Shown: in pieces, positions 37,655 to 47,740 of the stretch
Layout: each line of letters begins with the position of its first letter
How positions within the stretch are numbered: position 1 is the stretch's first letter
Source: Bacillota bacterium
GTDB lineage: Bacteria > Bacillota > SHA-98 > UBA4971
DNA length: 64,000 bases
Assembly (NCBI GenBank): GCA_024653485.1
Contig: JANLFY010000010.1
Location: 54,508 to 118,507 of the forward strand
Direction of reading: 5' to 3'
The notes under the pieces: model-generated
What the model was told of the DNA's origin: nothing
The model's input: the letters and a program-made list of their open reading frames with translations, nothing else
Databases searched by the model: none
Made by a program: the position numbers and the translations under genes

Positions 37655-38782
37655 ATGAAAAGGCTTCTGGTGCTGGTCTTGGCGGTCATAATGATGGCGT
37701 CTGCGACGCTTTCAGCCGCTCCGGCGAGGATCGAGCCTGAGCTGAGCGTAATTACCCCCGTTGCCAGTTTTGTCAGCGTAGCTGCACTCGATGCTTTTAA
37801 AGTGTGGGCCAAGGAGAAGTACGGTGTCGACGTAAAGACCAACTATACCGCCAAAGGCACTCAGGTGGCGGTAGGCTTGATCCGCGAGTGGGGTGCGAAC
37901 CCCCAGGCCGACATAGTGTGGGGCGGCGAGACGGTACTCTACGACATGTTGGCAGCTGATGGATTTCTGATCAAGCACGAGGCTCCTAAGCAACTGCTGG
38001 ACCGTATACCCGGTACTATGGGCACACCCAAGCCCATGCCTCTGAAGGACCCCAAAGGCTTCTGGGTCGGCACTGCGCTTGAACCCTACGGTATCGTGTA
38101 CAACGAAGGCCTTGTCACAAGGCGGCTGCGAGCCACACCGCCCAAGACGTGGGAGGACATGCTGGCCAATCCTAAGTTCAAGGGCCAGATAGCTCAGTGC
38201 ACGCCTGACAACTCCAGTTCGAACCATGCGACCTACGAGGTCATTCTGCAGAAGTACGGCTGGGAGAAGGGCTGGGAGTGGCTTTCGAAGTTGGCCGCCT
38301 ACACCGGACAGTTCGTCGCAAGGTCAGTCGATGTTCCCGGCGTGGTAGCCAAGGGCGAATATGCGCTAGGCTTTGCAGTCCCGAGCTACATGGCGTTTGA
38401 GAACTTCCTCAACGGAGCCGACATCAGGTTCATTGCCCCTCCGGGAGCATATGTCACACCTGAGCCGATAGCCATAATCAAGAACTGCAAGAACCCCAAT
38501 GCCGCCAAGGCTTTCATCGAGTTCCTGCTCACGGACGAAGGTCAGAGGTTGTTCATCGACCGCGGTCTCTTCCCGGTGGTGCCTGAGCTGCGCGTGGAAG
38601 GCCCTCCCGGATCCACTGCTGAGCTTGCGGTCACGTTCTATGGCGGTCGGAGGAGCTACTTTGAGGGCACCGTGGAGAACACTTACGACAACGCATTGTC
38701 GCAGAGCAGAGAGAGCGAAGTCAACAAGTACTTTAGAGAGAACATCTTTGCCAAGCTAGATGCTCTGAAAGCCAAGTACTGA
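37655..38782 (+). CDS. ABC transporter periplasmic binding protein, Fe(III)/thiamine/polyamine-type
   Basis: Signal peptide MKRLLVLVLAVIMMASATLSAAPA; AAGGAGG ribosome-binding site; gene order binding protein, ATPase, fused permease typical of FbpABC-like systems. Confidence 0.7.
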   Translation: MKRLLVLVLAVIMMASATLSAAPARIEPELSVITPVASFVSVAALDAFKVWAKEKYGVDVKTNYTAKGTQVAVGLIREWGANPQADIVWGGETVLYDMLAADGFLIKHEAPKQLLDRIPGTMGTPKPMPLKDPKGFWVGTALEPYGIVYNEGLVTRRLRATPPKTWEDMLANPKFKGQIAQCTPDNSSSNHATYEVILQKYGWEKGWEWLSKLAAYTGQFVARSVDVPGVVAKGEYALGFAVPSYMAFENFLNGADIRFIAPPGAYVTPEPIAIIKNCKNPNAAKAFIEFLLTDEGQRLFIDRGLFPVVPELRVEGPPGSTAELAVTFYGGRRSYFEGTVENTYDNALSQSRESEVNKYFRENIFAKLDALKAKY

Positions 38783-38878
38783 TCAGCTTGATATTGTGGA
38801 TTTCGGAGAGAACCTACGGGCGAGTTCGTCTCGCCCGTGGGTTTACTCTGGGCAGTTGCTTGACTTGAGGTGAAGTGC

Positions 38879-39955
38879 ATGGATATTAGGCTCACTGGGG
38901 TCACGAAGAGGTTCAAGAATGTTGAGGCGCTGAGCCGAGTGGACCTGCACATAAAACACGGCGAGCTCTTCACCTTGCTTGGACCTTCGGGCTGCGGAAA
39001 GACAACTACCCTACGCCTTATCGCCGGTTTCTATACACCTGACGAGGGCAAGATCTTGTTCGGCGACCGTGAGGTCCAGGCCATCCCAACATCCAAGCGG
39101 AACATCGGCATGGTGTTCCAAAACTACGCCCTATGGCCTCATATGACGGTGTACAGGAATGTGGCATACGGTCTGCAGTTCAAGAAGGTCCCCAAGTCCG
39201 AATGGCCTGAAATTGTCAATGAGGCCCTCACCAAGGTGGGGCTGGTGGGTTTCGAGACTCGTTATCCAGGGCAGTTGTCTGGAGGCCAGCAACAGCGTGT
39301 GGCGCTGGCAAGAGCACTCGCGCTCAACCCGGACGTCCTGCTCCTCGACGAACCTCTGTCCAACTTGGATGCCAAGATCCGAGGATCAGTGCGCGCGGAA
39401 ATCCGTAAACTGCAGCAGTCATTGGGCATCACTACGCTGTATGTCACTCACGATCAGGAAGAAGCCCTCACGCTTTCGGACCGCATCGGCATAATGTGCG
39501 ACGGCAGATTGGTTCAGGTCGGCACGCCACACGATCTGTACGAGAGACCGGCGACACGCTTTGTGGCTGATTTTATCGGCACTAACAATCTTGTAGCCGG
39601 CACTGTGGAGGCTGTTGGCGAAGACATCACAGTCGTCACGGAGCTAGGCACAATCATAGGGTACAGCCACTTGACGGTCAAGCCTGGAGACAAATGCACT
39701 GTGGCATTCAGACCCGAAAACGTGGTAGTCCACACTGCACAACCTTCTGGGCAGGCTGGGCAGGACAACATCATACGCGGCAAGATAGGTTTTGCCAGCT
39801 ACATGGGGAATACCCTGCGTTACGAAATGGAGCATGCGACCGGCCTCGTACTCAAGGCGGACATCAGGAACCCTCTCCATCGTCAGGAACTGGGTTGGGG
39901 CACCGATGTGTACTTCGCCTTTCCGAAATCTGCGGCACTTGTCATACCGGACTAG
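38879..39955 (+). CDS. ABC transporter ATP-binding protein (FbpC/PotA-like with C-terminal TOBE domain)
   Basis: Walker A GPSGCGKTT, signature LSGGQQQRVALARAL, Walker B LLLDEPLSNLD, H-loop. Confidence 0.85.
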   Translation: MDIRLTGVTKRFKNVEALSRVDLHIKHGELFTLLGPSGCGKTTTLRLIAGFYTPDEGKILFGDREVQAIPTSKRNIGMVFQNYALWPHMTVYRNVAYGLQFKKVPKSEWPEIVNEALTKVGLVGFETRYPGQLSGGQQQRVALARALALNPDVLLLDEPLSNLDAKIRGSVRAEIRKLQQSLGITTLYVTHDQEEALTLSDRIGIMCDGRLVQVGTPHDLYERPATRFVADFIGTNNLVAGTVEAVGEDITVVTELGTIIGYSHLTVKPGDKCTVAFRPENVVVHTAQPSGQAGQDNIIRGKIGFASYMGNTLRYEMEHATGLVLKADIRNPLHRQELGWGTDVYFAFPKSAALVIPD

Positions 39956-39994
39956 CGTGTTGGCCTTGACCATGGACAGGCAGGTGGTTGTCTG

Positions 39995-42061
39995 ATGTCT
40001 CCAGGCAAGACGATGACCGGTTTGGGGAGATGGCTGAGGACGTCCAGACCATGGGTATGGCCCATATACCTGTTTCTGCTCGTATTTGTCATATTCCCTC
40101 TCGTGAAGCTATTTGTCGACTCGTTTTCCACGGCCGACATACCGCTTTCTGCACTCAACGAAGTGGTTCTCACAACCGATCTTCTTGAGGAGAGGGTGCA
40201 CGCCGGCGAAATGGAAGGCGCTTCGGCGGCTGCCCATGACATAGCGCTTCAGCTAAGCAGGTCTGTTGACACCATCGACCGCGTGATAGGAGCGCTTGAC
40301 AGGGCAACTTTCCCTCAAGATGAGTTGATAGCGAAATGGCAGGATGCCAGGGACCGTGTGGCGCAGAAGGCGTCATCGATGGCCGAAGTTCAGCATGATC
40401 CGGAGGCCGCCTTGGCCGAAGCCAAGGAAGCCAGGGCTTTGGTCCAGGAGGTTCTGCGCTTGCCGCGGCAGACGTTCTCGCTCAACTATTTCCTGGACGT
40501 GTTCAGAGACAAGCAGTATATGAAGGCCTTGGCCAACTCCATGCTACTGGGGTTCGCCACGGTGATCACCACATCGATCATTGGCTTTGCAGTGGCTTAT
40601 CTGCTTGTCAGGTATGACTTCCCCGGCAGGAGGGCCCTCAGTTTCCTAACTACCGTGCCTATAGTCATGCCCCCTCTAGTAGGTGTGTTGGGCTTCATCT
40701 TCATCCTGGGCAGAGGGGGCACTGTGAACGAGCTCCTCTACCAACTGGCGGCAGCGCTGGAGCAGTCGTGGCCCACGTTGTCTAGTTGGCTGTACGACCA
40801 CTTGCCGTTCAACTTCGTCTATGGATGGCATGGACTATTGCTGGTGGAGACGTGTCACCTGTTCCCGCTGATTACGCTGAACGTCTTGGATTCCCTGAGC
40901 AAGATCGACGCCTCACTGGAGGAGGCGGCAGAGAGTGTTGGGTCCATCGGCCTTAAACGCCTGTTTGACGTGACCATTCCGCTTACCGTACCGGGTTTCG
41001 TCACCGGAGCGTTCTTGGTGTTCATCGGAGCTTTCGCAGACTTTGCTGCCCCCATGGTGGTAGGGTTGACCAACTTCATCGCGCCGCTGGCATACATGGA
41101 TATTCAGCAGTTCACGGACAGACACCTGTTCAAGATGGGCATCACAGTGGGTGCCGTCATGGTGGTTCTGTCGATAGTGTTCCTACTGATAGCCAAGAAG
41201 TACGTGACGCTGAAAGACTACAGCACTCTCTCGTACAGGGCAGTGGAGAGGAAACCGCTCAAAGGCAAGTGGGCGATGCTGGCTCTGGCATTCCTGAGCC
41301 TGCTCCTCTTCGTGAGCTTCATGCCTTATGTAGGCGTCGGCCTAGCCTCATTTGCGCGGAGTTGGTCCATGTCTCCTCTGCCTTCGTCGTGGACCACGGT
41401 CCACTACAAGAAAGTGTTGTTGTACGCGCCGGGCTACATCATCAACACGTTCCAGTTCTGCATATTGGCCATCATCATGTGCATCCTGATCGGGGTGCCA
41501 GTATCGTGGATCATGGCCAGGACTCAGATGCGCACCCGCGGCGCGTTGGACGTCCTGACAATGCTGGTGCTGGCCCTGCCCGGCACCGCGCTAGGGATCG
41601 CGTACATCAGGGCCTTCAATACCCCGATACTCTTCAAGATACCTCTGGCGAACATATGGATCATACTGCCAATAGTGTTGGCCGTGAGGCGACTTCCTTA
41701 CACGGTGCGGTCGTCGTATAGCTCTCTGCTGGTAGTGCACCGTTCGATGGAGGAGGCGGCCGAATGCGTGGGGGCGAGTGGACTGAAGATCTTCAAGGAC
41801 ATTACGTTCCCACTTATCTGGAAGGGAGTACTGGCAGGGGCGCTGTTCTCCTTCATGACATCGATACAGGAGAGCGCGGCTTCAATCCTGCTTTCGATAC
41901 CAGGATGGGAGACCATGACTATGGGGATATTCACCTTCTATACGGGGGGCACTCACGGAGACGCAGCAGCGCTGGGCTTCATCCTCATAGTGGCGGGCGT
42001 AATCACCCTATTCGCAGTGAACAGACTGAGCAGCGCCGCGAAGGGCGGGTTGTTCGGCTAA
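39995..42061 (+). CDS. fused two-domain ABC permease (FbpB-like, 12 TM)
   Basis: Two tandem permease modules, each with an EAA-type loop (EEAAESVGSIGLKR… and EEAAECVGASGLK…). Confidence 0.8.
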   Translation: MSPGKTMTGLGRWLRTSRPWVWPIYLFLLVFVIFPLVKLFVDSFSTADIPLSALNEVVLTTDLLEERVHAGEMEGASAAAHDIALQLSRSVDTIDRVIGALDRATFPQDELIAKWQDARDRVAQKASSMAEVQHDPEAALAEAKEARALVQEVLRLPRQTFSLNYFLDVFRDKQYMKALANSMLLGFATVITTSIIGFAVAYLLVRYDFPGRRALSFLTTVPIVMPPLVGVLGFIFILGRGGTVNELLYQLAAALEQSWPTLSSWLYDHLPFNFVYGWHGLLLVETCHLFPLITLNVLDSLSKIDASLEEAAESVGSIGLKRLFDVTIPLTVPGFVTGAFLVFIGAFADFAAPMVVGLTNFIAPLAYMDIQQFTDRHLFKMGITVGAVMVVLSIVFLLIAKKYVTLKDYSTLSYRAVERKPLKGKWAMLALAFLSLLLFVSFMPYVGVGLASFARSWSMSPLPSSWTTVHYKKVLLYAPGYIINTFQFCILAIIMCILIGVPVSWIMARTQMRTRGALDVLTMLVLALPGTALGIAYIRAFNTPILFKIPLANIWIILPIVLAVRRLPYTVRSSYSSLLVVHRSMEEAAECVGASGLKIFKDITFPLIWKGVLAGALFSFMTSIQESAASILLSIPGWETMTMGIFTFYTGGTHGDAAALGFILIVAGVITLFAVNRLSSAAKGGLFG

Positions 42062-42550
42062 GGCCTTCGGACACTGCTGGGCCGCGAGGTGAGGGGGACC
42101 CGGCAGACGCCGGGTCCCCATGAACAATCGTGACAGAACTGTTCGACCATCCTCCCGGCGCGTGTACCGCCGTATGCTGCGCCATCTTTCGCCGTGCACG
42201 GTCCCGCTCCGGGCCAGGGCAGCTACAGACATCTCTAGACCAAGTCATGAAGGCAGCAACACCGTGAGCGCACATTCCACGCTCCGACCGGGGACAGTTC
42301 ACTGCCACGGATGACGGCCACGGAAAGCTGTCCAGAGAAGACGCAGGCCGGGGTAGTTGGCGAGCACAGCGAGGCAAGTGCCTTGTGAGGGTATAGGCTG
42401 GTGAGTGGAAAAAACCGATAACCGATGCTGGTGTCAGGCAGGACTCTACTCCATTACGTAGAATACTCCTTCAAACAGTATAAAGAGGAAAACAGGTACG
42501 CTATCGAGCGGCTTGTCTCGGTTTCGGCTCGGAGATGAGGAGAAGGCTGA

Positions 42551-42595
42551 ACCAGAAGTCGGTTGCTTCTGGCTCTTCGCTTCTCTTTGTTTTGT
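42551..42595 (+). terminator. hairpin CCAGAAG-tcggttg-CTTCTGG followed by a pyrimidine/T-rich tract in the glpP leader (candidate GlpP-responsive or intrinsic terminator)
   Basis: 7-bp perfect stem, then ctcttcgcttctctttgttttgtg. Confidence 0.3.
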
Positions 42596-42764
42596 GACCG
42601 TCTAGCCACGTATGCGGTCGCTTGCCGTTTTGGCTCGACTTGGCTCTTGTGAGGTGGATAGGTGCGCCTGGTGTTCGGTTCAGTTAACGTTCACTACGTC
42701 ATAGGCAGATTGGGGCGCAGGGTAGGTGAGGTTGCTTGGCCTGCGCACCGAGGAGGCGAAGACC

Positions 42765-43373
42765 ATGAGAGAAAAGGGCAGCCGACAGACTCTCATGGGG
42801 ACGGCACCCTTGCAGCACCTGGCGGAGCATCCCGTAATTCCAGCAATCAGGCAGGCGGCGGAGATAGATGAAGCTGCAAGCTGCGGCGCACGGTTAGTGT
42901 TTTTCTTGACCGGATCCATCTATGACGTGCGTGACGTCGTGCAGAGGGCTGCAGCGCACGGTCAGCAGGTCTTTTGTCACGTGGACTTGGTACAAGGCAT
43001 CGGGAAAGACCCCGTCGGGATGAAGTGGCTTGCCAGGGAGATTGGCGTGAGAGGGATTCTGACGACAAGGAGTTCGCTCATCAGGGCCGCCAAAGATGAG
43101 GGGCTCATTGCAGTGCAGCGTCTTTTCGTCCTCGACTCGGAATCGCTTAGGACAGGTTTATCAGTCGTTGCGTCGTCCCAGCCGGATGCCGTAGAGATCC
43201 TACCTGCACTCGTCCTTCCGAACATCATTCATAGGTTGCCCGTGGACGAGATCTCACCGTTCATCGCGGGCGGCCTGGTGGAGAGCATGTCGGAAGTGGA
43301 GGCAGTGCTCGCTACTGGGGCTCTTGGAGTCTCGACTAGCAAGAGGGAGTTGTGGCGCTATGCTCGCGCGTAG
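42765..43373 (+). CDS. glpP: glycerol-3-phosphate-responsive antiterminator GlpP
   Basis: Colinear similarity to Bacillus GlpP: …FCHVDLVQGIGKDPVGMKWL…GILTTRSSLIRAAKDEGLIAVQRLFVLDSESL…IAGGLV…ATGALGVSTSKRELW. Confidence 0.75.
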   Translation: MREKGSRQTLMGTAPLQHLAEHPVIPAIRQAAEIDEAASCGARLVFFLTGSIYDVRDVVQRAAAHGQQVFCHVDLVQGIGKDPVGMKWLAREIGVRGILTTRSSLIRAAKDEGLIAVQRLFVLDSESLRTGLSVVASSQPDAVEILPALVLPNIIHRLPVDEISPFIAGGLVESMSEVEAVLATGALGVSTSKRELWRYARA

Positions 43374-44826
43374 GTCCGCCGCGCTATCTTCACTGCCGAA
43401 AGTCCTAGGTCTGATTGTCAGCGTTGTGTGCTGTCTTGCAGTGTCGGTGGGCGTGGGCCCGGCCTCGCTTGGGCCGGACGGCTCTCGAGCTCTGGCTGTC
43501 GCGGCGACTGTCGTCTCCTTGTGGGCGGCGGGCACTCTGTACCCTGCAGTGACGGCCCTGGCGGGGTTGTTCTTGCTTCTGGCGATGCTGCCGCGTCTCG
43601 GCCCTTTGGCTCTTCTTGCAGGCTTCTCTGAGCCGGTGTTGTGGTTCCTTGTCGGCGTTCTCGCGCTCGGCTCGGCGGTTGCATCAAGCGGCCTAGCGCA
43701 CCGTATGGCGAGGTTCATGGTAGCCCTCTGCAAAGGGAACAGCTTTCGTCTCATGCTACAGTCGGTCGCGTTTCTACCGTTGATGACGCTCATTGTCCCT
43801 TCTGCTTTGACTAGGAATGCGATTCTGATGGCCCCCTACAAGAGTGTATTGGAACATCCTGCATTCCGAGGGTCGAAGAACCTCGCAAAGGCTGTGGCCC
43901 TCATTCTCGGAATGTTGAATCCCATGGCTTCGTCGATGATCCTCACGGGTGGGATTGCACCTGCCCTGGCAGCGAGTCTGCTCGGAGGCGGATTCACGTG
44001 GTTCCGCTGGCTTGTCTTGATGGCTGTCCCGTATGCTATGGCGATCCTATCGGGCTCTGTCCTCATTCTGTTTCTTTGCCAGTTCCACAAAGGTAGTGAA
44101 AGCGCCCTTGTGAATAAGCCGGTGTGGTTGGGACACGCCCCGGATGTCAAGATAGGCGAACTCCTTCCCTCCGACGAGCGGCCAGGTGTGGTATCAGTTC
44201 AAGAGAGGAAGGTCATGGTCGCTCTTGGCCTTGCGTGCGTTCTCTGGCTTACTGACTACATACACCATTGGAATCCAGCAGCCCCAGCACTGCTGGGTGC
44301 GGTTCTCGTGCTGAGTCCCTGGTGCGGCACCATGTCATGGCACGAGTTCGCCTCAAACGTGTCTTGGTCGCTGTTCGTGGTGACTGGTGCCTCTCTCTGC
44401 ATAGCGCACGTCCTTGAGTCGACAGGGGCATGCGCCTGGCTGGGCAACGTGTTGACTATGGGTATCCTTCGCTGTCGCGTACCTTCTTACATGATGGTCT
44501 CGTCAACGGTGCTAGTGTCGGTTCTTGTTCATGCGGCAATCCCCAGCATCCCGGCATGTTTGGCACTGCTTTTGCCTATAGTAACGGGGTTTGCGCGACA
44601 GGCTGGTTTAAACCCACTTGTACACGGCCTGGTTGCTTTGATATCAGTGGATTCTGTGGCGCTATACCCTGAGCAGAGTGCAACCGCACTCATGGTGTAC
44701 GAGCAGCACGGGAATTTGACTCGCTCTGATGTCTTGAAGTTCGGCCTTGGGATGCTTTTCGCTACGTTGCTTGTAGTAAACTTCATTGCTGTCCCGTGGT
44801 GGGCGATCCTCGGACTCGTACCTTGA
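43357..44826 (+). CDS. multi-TM anion permease (ArsB/NhaD/DASS-superfamily), putative G3P/organic-anion transporter
   Basis: ~12 hydrophobic helices; directly downstream of glpP in the operon. Confidence 0.45.
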   Translation, partial: AMLARRSAALSSLPKVLGLIVSVVCCLAVSVGVGPASLGPDGSRALAVAATVVSLWAAGTLYPAVTALAGLFLLLAMLPRLGPLALLAGFSEPVLWFLVGVLALGSAVASSGLAHRMARFMVALCKGNSFRLMLQSVAFLPLMTLIVPSALTRNAILMAPYKSVLEHPAFRGSKNLAKAVALILGMLNPMASSMILTGGIAPALAASLLGGGFTWFRWLVLMAVPYAMAILSGSVLILFLCQFHKGSESALVNKPVWLGHAPDVKIGELLPSDERPGVVSVQERKVMVALGLACVLWLTDYIHHWNPAAPALLGAVLVLSPWCGTMSWHEFASNVSWSLFVVTGASLCIAHVLESTGACAWLGNVLTMGILRCRVPSYMMVSSTVLVSVLVHAAIPSIPACLALLLPIVTGFARQAGLNPLVHGLVALISVDSVALYPEQSATALMVYEQHGNLTRSDVLKFGLGMLFATLLVVNFIAVPWWAILGLVP

Positions 44827-44857
44827 ATGGGGCCACTGCTCCGTCGGGTCGCGGAGA

Positions 44858-44950
44858 CGGCGCGGTTGCGGCGCGCCTCGTTCGAATTCGGCGCTCAAGG
44901 CAGCCGAATTCTCCGCGCCCCGTCGTGCAAGCACCGGCAATCCTAACGCC
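44858..44950 (+). repeat. copy 3 of the ~85-bp intergenic repeat
   Basis: GGCGCGGTTGCGGCGCGCCTCGTTCGAATTCGGCGCtcaaggcaGCCGAATTCTCCGCGCCCCGTCGTGCAAGCACCGGCAATCC; internal 9-bp perfect stem. Confidence 0.6.
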
Positions 44951-45116
44951 GTCAAGAAGGGAGACGACGACTTATGGCGCCATGCCCAGTGCTTCGCGAA
45001 TCGTTGGAGAAGGCCGCGCGAACCGTTGGTGCGCGAGGCGTCAGGCTATTCGCCGCCAACAAGCTGGGCGGAGCCAGAATGGGTGGATTCTATGCTTAGC
45101 CTGAACTCAAGACCAA

Positions 45117-45997
45117 TGTATTCGAAAGCAGTTTCCAACTCAGACCCTGGCACGGAGCGCTCTTGCCCTTCCGTCGAGGACTTCGAGGGGTACATTCTCG
45201 ACCTGGATGGCACCGTGTATCTCGGTGACAAACTGATTCCCGGCGCGCGAGAGACGATAATGGGCCTCCGGGCGATGGGCAAGCGCATAGTCTTTCTCTC
45301 CAACAAGCCCATTCAGAGCAGGCAAGAGTACGCCGCCAAGCTCACGAAACTCGGCATACCTACGCCAGAGGATGATGTCATAAACTCATCTCTGGTGATG
45401 GCACGCTATCTGGCGGACTGTGCACCAGGCTGTCGAGCGTTCGTCATCGGGGAAATGGCGCTTGTTCACGAGCTTCGGGCGGCCGGCGTGGACGTTGTGG
45501 AAGACCCGACAACACTCGGCGCCCATGTGGACTACGTCGTCATCGCGTTCGACCGGACGTTCACCTATGCAAAACTGAACCACGCTCTCCAGGCCGTGAG
45601 GTGTGGGGCTCGGCTGGTGGCTACGAATGCTGACAGAACCTGCCCGGTGGAAGGGGGGGAGATTCCTGACGCCGCAGCGATGATTGGGGCAATCGAAGGT
45701 ACGACCGGACTCAAGGTTGAGTTGGTTGTAGGTAAACCGAACCCCATGATGCTTCAGACTGCACTCGGCCGCCTCGGCCTTGGGCGAGACCAGTGTCTCG
45801 TAGTGGGTGATCGCCTGGAGACCGATATATTGATGGGGAAAAAGGCGCAAATGGCCACGGCTCTAGTGCTGACTGGAGTAACTCGTCGGGAGGACCTGTC
45901 CAGGTCAGCGATTCAACCTGATTATGTACTGGACTCCATAGCAGCCTTGCCATGCCGGCGGCGCGAGTGGAAGGAAGGGTTTTGCTCCAGAGGCTGA
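45117..45997 (+). CDS. HAD-superfamily subfamily IIA hydrolase (NagD-like sugar-phosphate phosphatase)
   Basis: Motif I ILDLDGTVY, motif II FLSNK, C-terminal VVGDRLETDI(L) motif. The start is uncertain; the track ORF begins at 44786 but reads through the repeat. Confidence 0.65.
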
Positions 45998-46211
45998 GAG
46001 TCAGGCGGAGCGGACGGGAGACTTTGAGAGAGTCCTATCTGCCAAGCTCGTTGCTCGACAGCGCGCTAAGCTGCCCTTGCTTGCTGCGTGCGCAACGGGG
46101 CTTGTTGCAGGCTGGACTTTTCTTTATGGCACGGGGGCACGGAAGACGGAAAGACGCGCATCACGGGGGGATGTTGGGTTGCACGGTACACGGTCCACGC
46201 AGTCGACGATA

Positions 46212-47735
46212 ATGAAAGCTGACGTAGCAATCGTCGGAGCTGGCGTGATCGGCGCCGCAATTGCGAGGGAGATGGCTCGATACGATCTGGCCGTGGTCCT
46301 CCTCGAGCGCGAGGTGGAGCCAGCCTTCGGCACGAGCAAGGCCAACAGCGGTGTTGTGCATGCGGGGTTCCACTCGGATCCCGGGACGCTGGGAGCCTCG
46401 TTGTGCGTTGAGGGGAATGCCATGTTCGATGAGATCGCCGAGGAGCTGTCCGTGCCGTTCAGGCGCAACGGGTGCCTCATGGTCGCCATGTCTCCGGAGG
46501 AGGTCGACGTGTTGCGCGAATACCTCGACCGGGGGCGCCGCAACGGCGTGCCGGGCCTTCGCCTCCTTGATGCCGGTGAAGTCCGCGCACTGGAGCCCGG
46601 GCTCGCCCCGGAAGTCGTGGGTGCGCTCCACGCTCCGACCGGCGGGATCGTATGCCCGTACCAGCTCACCTTCGCCCTGGTTGAGAACGCCGTGGCCAAC
46701 GGCGTCCGCTTCATGGCGGGCTCGCCGGTCACCTCGCTTCACGTGAGAGAAGGCCGGATCGCTGCTGTCGAGACGGCCGAAGCGATCATCGAGACCACAT
46801 GGGTGGTGAATGCCGCGGGGCTATTTGCAGACCAAATAGCGGCCATGGCAGGGGACGAGTCCTTCGAGATACGCCCGAGGAAAGGCGAGGAGTACTTGCT
46901 GGACAAACGCGTCGGGAGCCTCGTGCGGTCGACGGTGTTTCCGGTGCCGACCCCGGTGTCCAAGGGGATCCTAGTGATCCCCACGGCGGACGGGAACATC
47001 ATGGTCGGACCCACCGCTGAAGATGTCAGCGACCGCCTAGACCTCGCTACGACGAGAGCGGGGTTTGAAGCAGTGTTCGCCGCCGCTCGTCGCATGGTGC
47101 CGGCCGTCTCCCCTCGCGACGTCATAGCGTCCTTCGCGGGCCTGCGCGCGGCGTCTTCCGAACGCGATTTCATCATAAGGCCGTCCGGGGTGACTAGGGG
47201 CATTGTGCACGTGGCTGGGATAGAGTCACCCGGTCTCACCGCAGCGCCCGCCATCGCGCGCATGGTGGTCGGGATCCTGCGCGACGAGGGGCTCGAGGCG
47301 CGTGCCCGCCGCGGGTTCAACCCCATCCGTCCCGCGCCTGTGCGGTTCTCGCAGCTTTCCCACGCCGAGCAGGCCCGGCTTGTGGAATCAGACCCTTCGT
47401 TCGGTCGCATCGTGTGCAGGTGTGAGACGGTGACCGAGGCCGAGGTGCTGGACGCCATCCGCAGGGGCGCGAGGACGGTGGACGGGGTCAAGCTTCGAAC
47501 GCGCGCAGGAATGGGAAGGTGCCAGGGCGGGTTCTGCATGCCAAGGGTGATGAAGATACTCAGCCGGGAGCTTGGGGTTCCCCTGGAGGCGATCACGAAG
47601 CGAGGCCCAAGCTCGCCCATCGCGCCGTACCCGGCGAAAGCCCTCCTGCGCGAAGCCCAGGAGGAAGCCGACGATGGCCCGGGGCCGGCCGTGGCCCATG
47701 TGTCGCATCATATGTCACCAGCAACAGGGAGGTAG
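46212..47735 (+). CDS. glpA: FAD-dependent glycerol-3-phosphate dehydrogenase-like oxidoreductase (GlpA-like) with C-terminal BFD-like [2Fe-2S] domain
   Basis: FAD motif DVAIVGAGVIGAAIAREMA; C-terminal CRCETVTEAEV…RAGMGRCQGGFC cysteine cluster. Confidence 0.7.
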   Translation: MKADVAIVGAGVIGAAIAREMARYDLAVVLLEREVEPAFGTSKANSGVVHAGFHSDPGTLGASLCVEGNAMFDEIAEELSVPFRRNGCLMVAMSPEEVDVLREYLDRGRRNGVPGLRLLDAGEVRALEPGLAPEVVGALHAPTGGIVCPYQLTFALVENAVANGVRFMAGSPVTSLHVREGRIAAVETAEAIIETTWVVNAAGLFADQIAAMAGDESFEIRPRKGEEYLLDKRVGSLVRSTVFPVPTPVSKGILVIPTADGNIMVGPTAEDVSDRLDLATTRAGFEAVFAAARRMVPAVSPRDVIASFAGLRAASSERDFIIRPSGVTRGIVHVAGIESPGLTAAPAIARMVVGILRDEGLEARARRGFNPIRPAPVRFSQLSHAEQARLVESDPSFGRIVCRCETVTEAEVLDAIRRGARTVDGVKLRTRAGMGRCQGGFCMPRVMKILSRELGVPLEAITKRGPSSPIAPYPAKALLREAQEEADDGPGPAVAHVSHHMSPATGR

Positions 47736-47740
47736 GTTCT

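Noticed and set aside
44786-45116. Long N-terminal extension of the HAD hydrolase ORF and the 97-aa minus-strand ORF 44662-44955
   Set aside because: Both are translations across the intergenic repeat copy 3; the HAD motif I (DLDGTVY) lies ~20 residues after the ATG at 45117.
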